Source of the DNA: Armatimonadota bacterium | GTDB lineage: Bacteria; Armatimonadota; Fimbriimonadia; Fimbriimonadales; GBS-DC | DNA: 64,000 nt | Assembly: GCA_030550775.1 (NCBI GenBank) | Contig: JAUQOS010000001.1 | Coordinates: forward strand, 19,259 to 83,258 | Reading direction: 5' to 3' | Shown: positions 25,189-35,278 of the stretch, piece by piece | Layout of the letters: the number at the start of each line of letters is the position of its first letter | Numbering within the stretch: the first letter of the stretch is position 1 | Notes under the pieces: generated by a model | What the model saw: the letters and a program-made list of their open reading frames with translations, nothing else | What the model was told of the DNA's origin: nothing | Databases searched by the model: none | Position numbers and translations under genes: made by a program

Positions 25189-27828
25189 TTACGGGCGAAT
25201 ATCGCCGACAAAAATCGGTTTCGGGCACACCGGCAGGCGCGGAATAGGTGGCAGTGCCCTGCCCGGATGTTGCCCTGAAGGGTCTTGAGTCGCATCGTAT
25301 GCCACGCGCAGGGGCTCGGCGTCTACGCGCGGGCGCAAAATCGGGTCATATCGCATAAACAGGTTCACCGCATACTGGCGGGTTCGCTCATCATGGAAAT
25401 ACCGTTGATGCTGCTCTGGGATTTCAAATCGCGAGCTGCCATAGTAGCGTGGGATCCAGCCCCAGCGGCGTAGCCATTCAGTCTGGTCGCCCTGAGCCGC
25501 CGTAAAGTTCTCGGCAATGGAACCGACGATAGTGATCCGAATATCCAGCGGCTCGCCGTAGAACGGAAACTCCTCCGACACCACGCCGGGGGCGCGCTGC
25601 CCTGTGCGCAGGTAGTTCGCCCGTGTGTCCTGCGGGTTAGTGTTGAACCAGTAGCCTGGAATCACAAAGAAGCTGCCCTCTTGGGCAAACAGTGCCGCCT
25701 CGATTCGGATGTCCAGCGGTTGCACGGCAGCCGCGCTCATTAGGTAAGGCGCGTTGCCCGTCGGTAGCTGATAGTTCGCCACATTCGAGAGCGGGTGCAG
25801 TTGCAGCTGCAATAGGTTCGGGATGCCTGGTTCAGGAATCAGCAGGTACTGTGCACCGTTGGGACGCGGCACCAACGGAAGTGCGACTTTCTCGTAGTTC
25901 GGATACACTTGCAGCGGGTTGCCCCCCAGCGTGTAAACGCGCGGGTCTGCCACAACGCCAAACGGATAGTAGGGGTTGTAGCCCGCGTCGTCGAACCACG
26001 CGGGGTTCACCAACAGGTTGATGAACGAGCCGCTGCGTGTGGCGTGGCGCAGGAAGAGCCGAATTGCACCGAAGTTGCCTGTGTATTGCTGAGGGTCAAT
26101 TCCGAAGCTGAACAGTAGGCGCATCGGGCGGTCTGGTAGCACCTCGAAGAAGTAAGGTGCCTCTAGATTGGTGGGGTCGCCCTGAGCTTCCGCTGGGCTG
26201 TCAAAGGTGCGCTGCAAGAACTGCGTGGTGTTCACACACACATAGTCCTTCGCGAGAATCGCTAATGCCGAGTTCTTGTCGCCTTTGACGATGTTGCCTT
26301 CAATATAAGCGGTACCATTGGTGACAATCAGAATTTGTCTGCCTGAAGGGATGCGCCCTTTGATGCGCACATTGCCCTCTGCGTAAATCACGCCGTTGAA
26401 GGGCACATCAAAGGTGCGGTCGTTTTGGGTGATTTCGCTGGTAAGCGTAGGGTCGGTTGGGTCATTCGGGTTGCGGAAGAAGAAGCTCATCGTCTTAAGG
26501 TTGGTGGGACGCCCGGTGGTAGGGTCGAACCACACATCGCGTGGGTCAGCTTGGTTGCGTGTGATGCGGAAGCCCTGAGCGCGAATGGTGCCGTCAGGGT
26601 TAAGGATTTCCACCAGTTCAATGAACGCGCCCGGCGGTTCGTAGAACGGTCCGTTCCAGTATCGCGACTTGCCAGGGTTGAGCCAATCGCTGCGCAAGGT
26701 GTAGCCACCTAACAGGTTGCGGCTCTCTTGTTGGATGTCTTGCGCGTTGTTGATATAGATTCCGCGTCCGTAGCCGTACTGCCCTGTGTTGAACCATGTG
26801 CCGTTGGGGCGTTGGCGCCAGATGCCCGACTCGCGCGTTGCGGCCACATAGCGCGGCAGGTTGGTGGCGGGGTCTACGGTATCCATGCGCGGTGGCTCCA
26901 GGTAGGCGATAGCGCGTGGGTAGCCGTCTGCAGCGGTGAGCGGGCGTCCGTCGCGATACAGCCCGTTGGCAGTCGTGAAATTCGGGTCGCGGCTGGGCGG
27001 CAGGTTGAACACGCCCTGAGGTGTAATCAGTTGCACCGTTGTGTTGTCGCCGTGCACCACCTCGCCTGCTACATAAATTCGCTCGCCGCGTGTGGGGTCA
27101 AGCACAATCCGAACATCGCCGTTGAAGCGCAGGTTGCCGTTCACATAAATCGATCCGCCCCCCATACCAAACTCCGTGATGCCCCCGTCAGGCGGCTCGC
27201 CCAAGATGGTGCGGTATGGTAGCTCGCGCCCTTGCTCATCCAGCAGCCCAATGGTGGGCACGCCCAGCTCCATCAACGTGCCGCGTTGCTCCTTGTTCAT
27301 CACGAAGCGCAGGTAGTCAATGGTGCCGATTTGCACATAGGCAACGCGTTCAGCACGCTGCTCGCGGTCTGCCAACTGGAAGGTCGTGGGGTCGTTCGGG
27401 TCTACCAACCCCACACGCCCGATTGATTCTATCTTTATCACCGGTTGCTGATGCACGGGTCCAGAGGGCTGGTAAGACACGCGAATGAGCGCACGCCCGC
27501 CCTCTAAGTTGAGGCGCGTGAAGCCCCCGGTGCGGTCGGCAGGGTTGTAGGGTTTGAGCCAGAAGTAGTCAGGGTCAGCAGGATTGGTGAGGTTATCGGG
27601 AATCGGTCGCCAGTCGGCACCGAACTCGCTGCGCACCAGCTGGTCAATTGCAAACTGCAAGCCCGATTCGGCAAAGTAGGCGGCGCTGAGCCGTTCGCGT
27701 GCTTGGCGCACATTGATGAGGTTGCGCGCAATTACCGCGATGAACACACCGCCCAAAATCAGTAGGGCAAAGCTCACCAGCAGCGCGACCACCAGCGTCT
27801 GACCGCGTTCCGTTCGTGTGCCTCGCAT
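25189..27828 (-). CDS. PilX-like giant minor pilin (879 aa)
   Basis: N-terminus RGQTLVVALLVSFALLILGGVFIAVIARN...RLSAAYFAESGLQFAIDQL matches the PilX_N pattern (hydrophobic helix, then A-E-x-G). The start is 1 nt after the upstream stop. Confidence 0.75.
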   Translation of the reverse strand: MRGTRTERGQTLVVALLVSFALLILGGVFIAVIARNLINVRQARERLSAAYFAESGLQFAIDQLVRSEFGADWRPIPDNLTNPADPDYFWLKPYNPADRTGGFTRLNLEGGRALIRVSYQPSGPVHQQPVIKIESIGRVGLVDPNDPTTFQLADREQRAERVAYVQIGTIDYLRFVMNKEQRGTLMELGVPTIGLLDEQGRELPYRTILGEPPDGGITEFGMGGGSIYVNGNLRFNGDVRIVLDPTRGERIYVAGEVVHGDNTTVQLITPQGVFNLPPSRDPNFTTANGLYRDGRPLTAADGYPRAIAYLEPPRMDTVDPATNLPRYVAATRESGIWRQRPNGTWFNTGQYGYGRGIYINNAQDIQQESRNLLGGYTLRSDWLNPGKSRYWNGPFYEPPGAFIELVEILNPDGTIRAQGFRITRNQADPRDVWFDPTTGRPTNLKTMSFFFRNPNDPTDPTLTSEITQNDRTFDVPFNGVIYAEGNVRIKGRIPSGRQILIVTNGTAYIEGNIVKGDKNSALAILAKDYVCVNTTQFLQRTFDSPAEAQGDPTNLEAPYFFEVLPDRPMRLLFSFGIDPQQYTGNFGAIRLFLRHATRSGSFINLLVNPAWFDDAGYNPYYPFGVVADPRVYTLGGNPLQVYPNYEKVALPLVPRPNGAQYLLIPEPGIPNLLQLQLHPLSNVANYQLPTGNAPYLMSAAAVQPLDIRIEAALFAQEGSFFVIPGYWFNTNPQDTRANYLRTGQRAPGVVSEEFPFYGEPLDIRITIVGSIAENFTAAQGDQTEWLRRWGWIPRYYGSSRFEIPEQHQRYFHDERTRQYAVNLFMRYDPILRPRVDAEPLRVAYDATQDPSGQHPGRALPPIPRLPVCPKPIFVGDIRP

Positions 27829-27829
27829 C

Positions 27830-29722
27830 TTATCTCCCCCGTACTTGTACGATGTTGGGTGCTTCCAGCTGTGTGGCGACCGAGTAGCTCACGGGACGTT
27901 GCGCCCCGTATAACTTCAGCCCCACCTTGAGGTTCAGCAAGCGTCGAGTGTAGTAATCGGCTACATAGGTGTCGGAGGGCAGATTGAAGCGGTAGTAGAA
28001 AGTCACCACCACTTGCGAGTTGGGTGGCAGTGGGGTTTGCGGATCGCTATGGAACTCGATGTAGCCGCGCAGCAGTTGCGGGGTAAAGCCCATTGTGGTT
28101 ATCACCTCTTGGTAGGGCGCGGCATCCTCATAAAGAATGCGGTATTGGTTCGGACCGGGTGTCGCCAACGCCGACGACACGCGCTGGTAGCGTATTGGCT
28201 TACCGAAGTTGGGACCAGGGCGTTGGTCGGGTCCAATAACTACTTCCGACCCGGGCACCAGTGAGGCGGTGGGTAGCACAAGATGGTTTTGGCGCGGGTC
28301 GTCAATCTGCCCATCGCCGTCTAAATCCAGCAACGATACAAAGCGGCGGGCGTTTGGCGCATCGTCGGGGTCACGAAAAGCGAGATTGAAACGCCCGTTG
28401 ATGGTAGTGGTGTCGGGGGCTGGATCGCGGTCGGGTGGGAGGTAGACGCCCGTCTTGAAGCTCACCCCTTGCACGGGATAGTGGAACCACCACGGCAGCG
28501 CCATATCAACCAACCCCGCTTCGAGGTTGACATAAAACGCCATCGGCTCCGCTTGTGTGAAGTAGTTGAGGTTGGGGTTCAGCCAGCCCGGCTGGGGCGT
28601 GCCCGTATGCACCATGCGCTGGAGCAAAGTAAGGTTAGCTACCCACTCATCGGTGGGGCGCTCATTCGGCACGGCACGATAATAGCGAATGTACCACTGC
28701 CCATCGTTCGGGTTGTAGGCGACATAGAAATAGCGCAGAGGCTGGTTTTGTCGCAGCGCGTCGGGGCGGCTGCGGAACACCACCAAGCGGAACGAGTTGG
28801 GGTCTATATCCCACAATCCCAGCGGGAACCGCACTTGGAGAGGGGCGGCACCGGCGCCCTCATCGCCCAAAGTCTCGGTTTCAATCGGCACACCCATCTG
28901 GTTCACGACCAGCGCGGGCGAAAGCTGTACCAACGGCTCCACGCGCGGGTTGCCTTCAGCGGTGTAGGTGACATTCACCATATCCACGATGCCCAGCGGC
29001 ACGATGGGTTTCGCCACGCGCCGCCACGCCGCGCGCCGTTGGGGGTTCGGGCTGTAGAAAAAGTCGGGGTCAAACAAATCGTCGAGGCTATCAAAGAGTT
29101 CAGGGTTCAGCACCCAGCGGTTGCCCTGACGCACATACAGACGGAATTCGGCGCGGTACAAGACGGCGTAGTTCTCGCGGGCAGTGGCTTCAATCAGCCC
29201 CGCTTCGTCAGGGTTGAGGTAGGGCCGCTCGTTGTCCATCAGCCCGATGAAATAGCGAATGATGGTGCGCCCGGGCGCCACTGGAATCGCAAGCTCGGCG
29301 TCTGGTTCGCCGCTGCGCCCAACAGGAATGTCGGAGGTGGGATCGTTTGATTCCTGCGACGGGTCGCCATAGGCAGGGGCGACCATATCAATAATCGCGT
29401 GGCGCATCGGAACAAAAACCACTTGCCCTTGCCCATTCGCGGGGCGGGTGCGCACAGGCAGGTTCACAATGCGGTCGGCGCTGTCAAACACAAATGCGGC
29501 GCGCTTGAGGTCGTTGCTGATCTGGTTGAGCGCAAGGCGTACCGCGTCTTGTGCTTGGGCTTGTGCTTGTCCCTGGCGTGTGAGCCGAAAGCCCTGCACC
29601 AGTGGAATCAGTAATAACCCAAGCAGGATGGCGGTGATGGCAATCACCACCAACAGCTCCACCAGCGTGAATCCTGTATTCCGCGCCTGCCGATACCGCA
29701 TCGCCGTTTTTGCCACCTCCAT
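27830..29722 (-). CDS. PilW-like giant minor pilin (630 aa) with prepilin-type N-terminal methylation motif
   Basis: ...ARNTG|FTLVELLVVIAITAILLGLLLIP, then AQDAVRLALNQISNDLKRAAFVF. The more likely start is ATG 29701 (MRYRQARNTG leader), preceded by GGAGGTGG. Confidence 0.8.
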   Translation of the reverse strand: MEVAKTAMRYRQARNTGFTLVELLVVIAITAILLGLLLIPLVQGFRLTRQGQAQAQAQDAVRLALNQISNDLKRAAFVFDSADRIVNLPVRTRPANGQGQVVFVPMRHAIIDMVAPAYGDPSQESNDPTSDIPVGRSGEPDAELAIPVAPGRTIIRYFIGLMDNERPYLNPDEAGLIEATARENYAVLYRAEFRLYVRQGNRWVLNPELFDSLDDLFDPDFFYSPNPQRRAAWRRVAKPIVPLGIVDMVNVTYTAEGNPRVEPLVQLSPALVVNQMGVPIETETLGDEGAGAAPLQVRFPLGLWDIDPNSFRLVVFRSRPDALRQNQPLRYFYVAYNPNDGQWYIRYYRAVPNERPTDEWVANLTLLQRMVHTGTPQPGWLNPNLNYFTQAEPMAFYVNLEAGLVDMALPWWFHYPVQGVSFKTGVYLPPDRDPAPDTTTINGRFNLAFRDPDDAPNARRFVSLLDLDGDGQIDDPRQNHLVLPTASLVPGSEVVIGPDQRPGPNFGKPIRYQRVSSALATPGPNQYRILYEDAAPYQEVITTMGFTPQLLRGYIEFHSDPQTPLPPNSQVVVTFYYRFNLPSDTYVADYYTRRLLNLKVGLKLYGAQRPVSYSVATQLEAPNIVQVRGR

Positions 29723-29758
29723 TCGGTAGACTTACTCCTTTGAGGGTAGGTTCCAGTT

Positions 29759-31588
29759 TCAGTCGCCTACGGGCAACAGTACATCGTAATCGGTGCGCGA
29801 GCGTCGACCGGGCGGCTCGAAGGTCACGCGTACCTTGAGCGATAGCCCCTGGATGCCCCGAATCGCCTGTCCGGTCACGCCCGGGTCCCAACGCAGGGCG
29901 TCACGATGGGCGGTTTGCAAATCAATATACACAAAGCCCGTCTCGTCGGGGCGATCGCTGATTCGAAACACACCATTGGTGCCGCGGCGTGTGCGCTGTT
30001 CGCCTGTACGCTCATCCCGTGCCACATACCAATACTCGCGCAGCAGCACGGTCTTGCCCGCCTCACTGCGGCTGAAGTAGAGGCGTCGGGTGCGCTCGCC
30101 CTCCTCGCCTTGATAGGCACGCTCCCAATCGTACCAACAGGTGTCTACCGTAATAGCGCGCGGGTCTGCCACCAAGTCGTAGCGGGCAGCAGCTTTTTGC
30201 ACAGAAACCGCCCAGTTTTCGTGCACCTGATACAGCACTAAAATCTTGCGCCCGCGCATGTTAGGATTACGAATTTCAATCACGCCCGTGCCGTAATCAA
30301 TAGTGGCCTGCAGATTGGGCAACAGGGCTGCGCCCGTGCCAAGATTGAGTTGGGTGCCTTGTTTGAAGTAAGCAGCGCGCCCTGTGAGCATATCCACAAT
30401 CACCAAATCCGCCTCAGATTCGGGCGTTTGATAGCCCACATCACGCCCAAAGCCCAGCCCCTTGTAGGTGGTCTGGTCGTCCAGCACATCGCCAAACTGT
30501 TTGAGGTCGGCAAACGCGAGGCGAATGCGCCCGTTCTGTGGCACCGTAAACTCCTCGCGGATAACTCTCCAGTCGTGCACGAAGTAGCTTACATAAGCTT
30601 GGAGTGGGCGCAACCCGCGCCAGAACCGCTCATAGTAACCCGAGGCTGCGGGGTTAATCACAATGGTGCCCGTCAGCGGGTTCAACACCTTATATTGGTA
30701 AGGATCGTCTGGATCCCACGCTTGGTCAGGCTCCAGCTCAATAAAGGCGCGGGCAGCCGTATCCGAATAGGGCACCACGCCCAAGAAGCCCGGCAGGTTG
30801 CGCACGGGTGTATCGCCCAGCGTCAGGTCGAACCAGCGGGGCACAGGCGGGTCTGCGGGTTGTAGCTCAATTTCGTTGGTAACCAATCGGCTGATGAGGC
30901 GGTTGTTCTCCACCAGCAGCACGCTGAACTCCACTTGATAGCGGATGGGGCGTGTACGCAGCGGACGCAGCAGCACTTGCGCCGTCTCGTAGTCGATTCC
31001 ATACTCAAACAAGCGGATCTCGCGGAATTGGAAGTCAGAATCGAGCACGATGCGGCGCATCGGTCCGCTGGTGACGCTTAGATAGTAGGCATAGCGGCCA
31101 CCGTCGGCGCGGTGAGGCTTTTGAGCGATGGGCGAGAACAGCGTGGTGTACACGATGCCTTCGGTTAGCTCGTCTTGCGAGCCAAGTGTGGGACCAGGCA
31201 AGCCTAAGGCAATGCGCTCGCCCACAATGCGACGGAACCGATTCACCCCGCTGGCGTATTCTCTCGGAAAGTTCTCAGGCAGGTTTGGCTGTACGTCCAG
31301 GTCGTTGGGGTAAATCGTGGGATCGACCACCAGTTCCGCCTCGCCCGTACGGAAATCGTAGCTGACAGGTGCAATCAGGCGCGGCAGGTTCTCGGCGCGC
31401 GTGCGCAATCGCTCCATCTCCTGTTGGGCAAGGCGTGTAGCAGCATCGCCCTGCCCCGAGCGTTTCAGCGCCAAGAAGCCGCTCGGGTACAGGCGAATGA
31501 ACGCCAAGATGGCGATCGCCAAAATCCCAATGGTCACCAGCACCTCGACTAGCGAGGCGCCTCGTTGCAAACGACCCATGCCTACCAT
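29759..31588 (-). CDS. PilV-like giant minor pilin (609 aa)
   Basis: MVGMGRLQRG|ASLVEVLVTIGILAIAILAFIRL..., then DAATRLAQQEMERLR. This is the PilV-type N-terminus (G, x, S-L-V/I-E-V-L-V). Confidence 0.75.
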   Translation of the reverse strand: MVGMGRLQRGASLVEVLVTIGILAIAILAFIRLYPSGFLALKRSGQGDAATRLAQQEMERLRTRAENLPRLIAPVSYDFRTGEAELVVDPTIYPNDLDVQPNLPENFPREYASGVNRFRRIVGERIALGLPGPTLGSQDELTEGIVYTTLFSPIAQKPHRADGGRYAYYLSVTSGPMRRIVLDSDFQFREIRLFEYGIDYETAQVLLRPLRTRPIRYQVEFSVLLVENNRLISRLVTNEIELQPADPPVPRWFDLTLGDTPVRNLPGFLGVVPYSDTAARAFIELEPDQAWDPDDPYQYKVLNPLTGTIVINPAASGYYERFWRGLRPLQAYVSYFVHDWRVIREEFTVPQNGRIRLAFADLKQFGDVLDDQTTYKGLGFGRDVGYQTPESEADLVIVDMLTGRAAYFKQGTQLNLGTGAALLPNLQATIDYGTGVIEIRNPNMRGRKILVLYQVHENWAVSVQKAAARYDLVADPRAITVDTCWYDWERAYQGEEGERTRRLYFSRSEAGKTVLLREYWYVARDERTGEQRTRRGTNGVFRISDRPDETGFVYIDLQTAHRDALRWDPGVTGQAIRGIQGLSLKVRVTFEPPGRRSRTDYDVLLPVGD

Positions 31589-31664
31589 CGGTTATCGCCC
31601 CTTCGTACTTGCACGGCGACCAGTAGCCGTGCGACTACAACACGCCTGCTGTGCGTTGTGCCGC

Positions 31665-32477
31665 CTATGGGCGCATCAGGTAAGGCGACTCGAACATCTG
31701 ACGCGAGTCGACCACCTTCACATTGCCCGTTAGGAACAGCACAATGTCGTTTTTCGCGCGTTGCGGAATATCACCATCATATGAGCGATGATAAGTGCAC
31801 CAAGTAACCACAGCAGTCGTGTCGGGTGCACGATAACCCAGTTGGCGTGGGTTGTCGCTGCCTTTGGGACCTATGTCGCCATCGTAGTAGCCCTGACCGT
31901 ACTGGGTACCGCTACGCTGATTCTCCTGTTGGTTTAGCTCTTGATCCGACCAAAACAGCGTGTAGCGCAGCTCGTACACAAACGAGTTGCCGCGTGGCAC
32001 GCGCCCTACCGAATAACTATCGTAGGCGTAGAAGCAAACTTGTGGCGCGTTCGGTAGCCCCGTGCCAAAACGCACGGGCGTGGTGCCTTGCCCATAGAGG
32101 GCATGCCCGCGCGGATAGTATGCCTGCACGATTGTGCGCTTGTCGCTAATGGGGTTGTTCGGGCAGTAGAAAATCTCGTCGTTCTTGAGATAGCTCCCCA
32201 GTGGTTTCGGGGCACGGTCAAACGGCACCGCCGCTTGCTGGTTACAAGTCAGGTTGCCGTTCGCATCCACCGCATACGCGCCCAACACAAAGGGGTATGC
32301 ACGGTAGTCTTCCTTGTATTGTTGTAGCGCAAGATAAATTTGGCTTAGGTTTGAGATGCAGCGGCTGCGTCGCGCATTCTCGCGCACCGTGCCCGCAACA
32401 GGAAAAATAATCGCCGCCAAAATAGCGATTATCGCGATCACCGTCAACAACTCCACCAGAGTAAAACCTCGCCGCAT
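31665..32477 (-). CDS. Prepilin-type pilin/pseudopilin (270 aa), first gene of the operon
   Basis: MRRG|[23 protein letters not shown] (Gly-1, Phe+1, Glu+5). The GspG/DUF1559-like body has a degenerate C-terminal tail ([15 protein letters not shown]). Confidence 0.85.
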   Translation of the reverse strand: MRRGFTLVELLTVIAIIAILAAIIFPVAGTVRENARRSRCISNLSQIYLALQQYKEDYRAYPFVLGAYAVDANGNLTCNQQAAVPFDRAPKPLGSYLKNDEIFYCPNNPISDKRTIVQAYYPRGHALYGQGTTPVRFGTGLPNAPQVCFYAYDSYSVGRVPRGNSFVYELRYTLFWSDQELNQQENQRSGTQYGQGYYDGDIGPKGSDNPRQLGYRAPDTTAVVTWCTYHRSYDGDIPQRAKNDIVLFLTGNVKVVDSRQMFESPYLMRP

Positions 32478-32630
32478 GGTTGCGCCCCTTCGTCCTCACC
32501 GCTTTAGACTGCGGTTGGGTTCTTTTCGGTTCCCTATGATTATGACACGTGCCCCCAATTTCCTGCATGGTTTTAGGTTGCGTTGCCCTGAGAACTAACA
32601 AAAGTTGCTCCCTATCTGTATCGAACGTGC

Positions 32631-32712
32631 AGGATTCTTCGCTGCGCTCGGGGTGACAAACGGCTCGGCTCCAGCTAACCCTTGTGATTCCGAGCCGAAG
32701 GCGAGGAATCTC
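32631..32712. repeat. Family-B palindromic intergenic repeat
   Basis: aggattcTTCGCTGCGCTCGGGGTGAC - 26 nt - GTGATTCCGAGCCGAAGGCGAGGAATCtc. The arms form an imperfect inverted repeat. Confidence 0.6.
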
Positions 32713-32728
32713 ATACACGAAACAACTC

Positions 32729-33205
32729 TCAATAAAAGTTCGTGTCACCGTACAGTAGCTGGATATACGCCACCTGCCCCAGGTGGTAAGTCAGGTTCCA
32801 GTAGTGCCCAAGTGCCAGTTCCTTTGCTGTGTACGGTTTGCCCCACGGAGTCATAATCGGCTGTTCCAGCACTTCTTCTGGAAGGGTGCGCACCACCTCC
32901 AAGAACTGCGCGGTGTTGGCACGCAGGGCTTGCTCAATTGCGTCCAGTGTGGTTAGCTGCTCCGCCTCGGCTTGGATGGGGGCAAACAAGTGTGGGTCTA
33001 CCGGCTCCTGCGGACGCGTTTGCAGCAGCAGGGCAAGCGTGCGCGGCGTGTGCACACACTCTTGTAGAATTTCAATCACCGAGCGGGCATGCTCCGCAGG
33101 ACGCCAGCGCAGCTTATCCTCAGGCACGGCACGCGCGTACTGCATCAAGTCCTCTACAGCGTCGTTGGTCATCTCTTCAACTAACTGATGGAACTCCATC
33201 GCCAA
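32729..33205 (-). CDS. DinB-family (DinB_2/YfiT-like) four-helix-bundle protein
   Basis: 158 aa. Pattern ...AVPEDKLRWRP....SVIEILQECVHTP...LGHYWNLTYHLGQVAYIQ is typical of the DinB superfamily. Confidence 0.7.
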   Translation of the reverse strand: MAMEFHQLVEEMTNDAVEDLMQYARAVPEDKLRWRPAEHARSVIEILQECVHTPRTLALLLQTRPQEPVDPHLFAPIQAEAEQLTTLDAIEQALRANTAQFLEVVRTLPEEVLEQPIMTPWGKPYTAKELALGHYWNLTYHLGQVAYIQLLYGDTNFY

Positions 33206-33334
33206 CCTCCGCTAACGATATTCACACTTCGTGAAGGTTTACCTGCTGGCAGGCTCTATCAATCGGCTTCTTCCGATTGCGGTTGAGGCTGTGCCATACG
33301 AGATTCCTCATCTGCGGCGGGGTATCTTATTGCT

Positions 33335-33805
33335 ATGCCTCAGCAACGCCGTCAGCCGCCGAAAGAGCCAACTGAGCGCGAACTACGCGCCCTTGAGCAG
33401 CGCATCCACGCGCTTGTCAACGAGCAGCGCAAGCGCGCCCAACTAGAGCCGCTGGCGTGGCACGAAGCAGTCGCCCGTGCTGCGCGCGACCATAGCAAAA
33501 ACATGGCAGAACGCAACTTCTTCGACCATAAAGACCCCCGCTGGGGCGATGTGGACAAACGGCTCAACCGCTTTCGCATCGCGTGGCGCGCCTGTGGCGA
33601 GAACATCTTTATGTCGCAGGGTCACAGCGACCCCGCGCGCATCGCCATGCAGGGTTGGATGAACAGCCCCGGACACCGCGCCAACATTTTGCGTCAACAG
33701 TTCACGCACGCGGGCGTGGGCGTGTTCTATCGCAAGCACGATCAAGCCTATTTCATCACGCAAATCTTCATCCGCCCATCTGAGGAACACAACCGCCCCC
33801 GATAA
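33335..33805 (+). CDS. CAP/SCP (YkwD-like) domain protein
   Basis: LVNEQRKRAQLEPLAWHEAVARAARDHSKNMAERNFFDH...GENIF...GWMNSPGHRANIL...HAGVGV. GGTATCTT lies 6 nt upstream of the ATG. Confidence 0.8.
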   Translation: MPQQRRQPPKEPTERELRALEQRIHALVNEQRKRAQLEPLAWHEAVARAARDHSKNMAERNFFDHKDPRWGDVDKRLNRFRIAWRACGENIFMSQGHSDPARIAMQGWMNSPGHRANILRQQFTHAGVGVFYRKHDQAYFITQIFIRPSEEHNRPR

Positions 33806-33832
33806 CCCTACAAAGCGGTATCCTTAACTCCG

Positions 33833-35278
33833 ATGGACGCGCGCACGACGACAATTGTGATTTTCGGCGCAACGGGCGACCTCACGCGCCGTCTGCTGCT
33901 GCCCGCTCTGTTGCAGCTGTGCCATAGCCGTATGCTGCCCGAAAATGTGCGCATCGTGCTCTATGCCCGACGCCCCTACACCCTGCAGACCTACCTCAAC
34001 GAAGTGGAGCACGAGTTGCGCGAAGCGGGCAAGCCGCTGAGCGGTTGGGACAAGTTCTGCCAGCGCTTTGTGGCTTATGTGCAGGGCGGGCTGGATGAGC
34101 AAGGCATCTGCCAATTGCACGACTATGTGCAAGGCAATGCACTGTTTTACCTTGCACTGCCCCCTGGCGTGTTTGCAACCGCCAGCCAACTGCTGGCTCA
34201 TGCGGGCTTCCACGATGAGGCACACGGCTTCCGAAGGCTCGTGATTGAAAAACCGTTCGGCTATGACCTAGAAAGCGCCCAAGCCCTCGATCGTCAAGTG
34301 CGCGAGTTCTGGCGCGAGGAGCAAATTTTTCGCATCGACCACTACTTGGGCAAGGAAACCGTTCAGAACATCTTAGTCTTTCGCTTTGCAAACTTGCTTT
34401 TAGAGCCGCTGTGGAACCGCAACTATGTCGAGCATGTGCAAATCACGGCAGCGGAGACTTCGGGGCTGGAAGGGCGCGCCAGCTATTACGACCAAGCGGG
34501 CGCCCTGCGCGACATGATACAGAACCACCTCATTCAGCTGTTCACGCTCACCGCGATGGAGCCGCCCAGCAGCCTGGTATACGACGACCTCCGCTCCGAA
34601 AAAGTGAAAGTGCTCAAAAGCGTGCGCCCGATTCCGCGCAGTGCGGTCAACGCCTTTGCCGTGCGTGCCCAATATACCGCGGGCGAAATCAACCGCGAGC
34701 GTGTGCCCGGCTATTTAGAAGAAGAAGGCATCCCGCACACCTCCACCACCGAAACCTACGCAGCCATCAAACTCTATGTGGACAACTGGCGTTGGCGGGG
34801 CGTGCCGTTTTACCTGCGCACGGGCAAACGGCTTGCCGCCGACCGCAGCGAAATCGCCGTCCAGTTCAAAGTGCCCCCACTACACCTGTTTCGTGAAACA
34901 CCCTTAGACCGGCTTGACCCGAATTGGTTCATTTTTGAGATGAAGCCCGCTGAGGCGATTTACCTGATTGCGCAAGCCAAGAAAGTAGGCTTGGAACTAA
35001 CGCCACGCACCATCGTGCTGCGCGCCCCCTATCGCGAGGCGGGGCAAGAAGGCTTTGATGCCTACACCACCCTACTGCTGGATGCACTGGAGGGCAACCG
35101 CCAACATTTCCTGCGCTTTGACGAGGTAGAGTGGGCGTGGCGCGTGTTAGACCCCATCCTCAAAGCATGGCAAAGCGGCGATAGCCCGCTGGCGACTTAC
35201 CCCGCAGGCAGCGAAGGACCTGCCGAAGCCGCGCGCATTTTGGATTCCGAGCACCACCAGTGGCGCCCGCTGCGCTAA
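33833..35278 (+). CDS. zwf: Glucose-6-phosphate dehydrogenase
   Basis: [17 protein letters not shown] (NADP site) and the RIDHYLGKE signature; 481 aa. Confidence 0.95.
   Translation: MDARTTTIVIFGATGDLTRRLLLPALLQLCHSRMLPENVRIVLYARRPYTLQTYLNEVEHELREAGKPLSGWDKFCQRFVAYVQGGLDEQGICQLHDYVQGNALFYLALPPGVFATASQLLAHAGFHDEAHGFRRLVIEKPFGYDLESAQALDRQVREFWREEQIFRIDHYLGKETVQNILVFRFANLLLEPLWNRNYVEHVQITAAETSGLEGRASYYDQAGALRDMIQNHLIQLFTLTAMEPPSSLVYDDLRSEKVKVLKSVRPIPRSAVNAFAVRAQYTAGEINRERVPGYLEEEGIPHTSTTETYAAIKLYVDNWRWRGVPFYLRTGKRLAADRSEIAVQFKVPPLHLFRETPLDRLDPNWFIFEMKPAEAIYLIAQAKKVGLELTPRTIVLRAPYREAGQEGFDAYTTLLLDALEGNRQHFLRFDEVEWAWRVLDPILKAWQSGDSPLATYPAGSEGPAEAARILDSEHHQWRPLR

Noticed and set aside
28469-29350. 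293-aa plus-strand ORF. Similar long shadow ORFs occur at 15514-16350, 24211-24843, 13314-13964, 9546-10205 (-), 59057-59884 (-), 62010-62600 (-) and 48229-48822
   Set aside because: All are antisense to well-supported genes (pilin-like, Dop-like, trxB, pckA, S9 peptidase). All have no recognisable motifs and skewed R/A/G/H composition.
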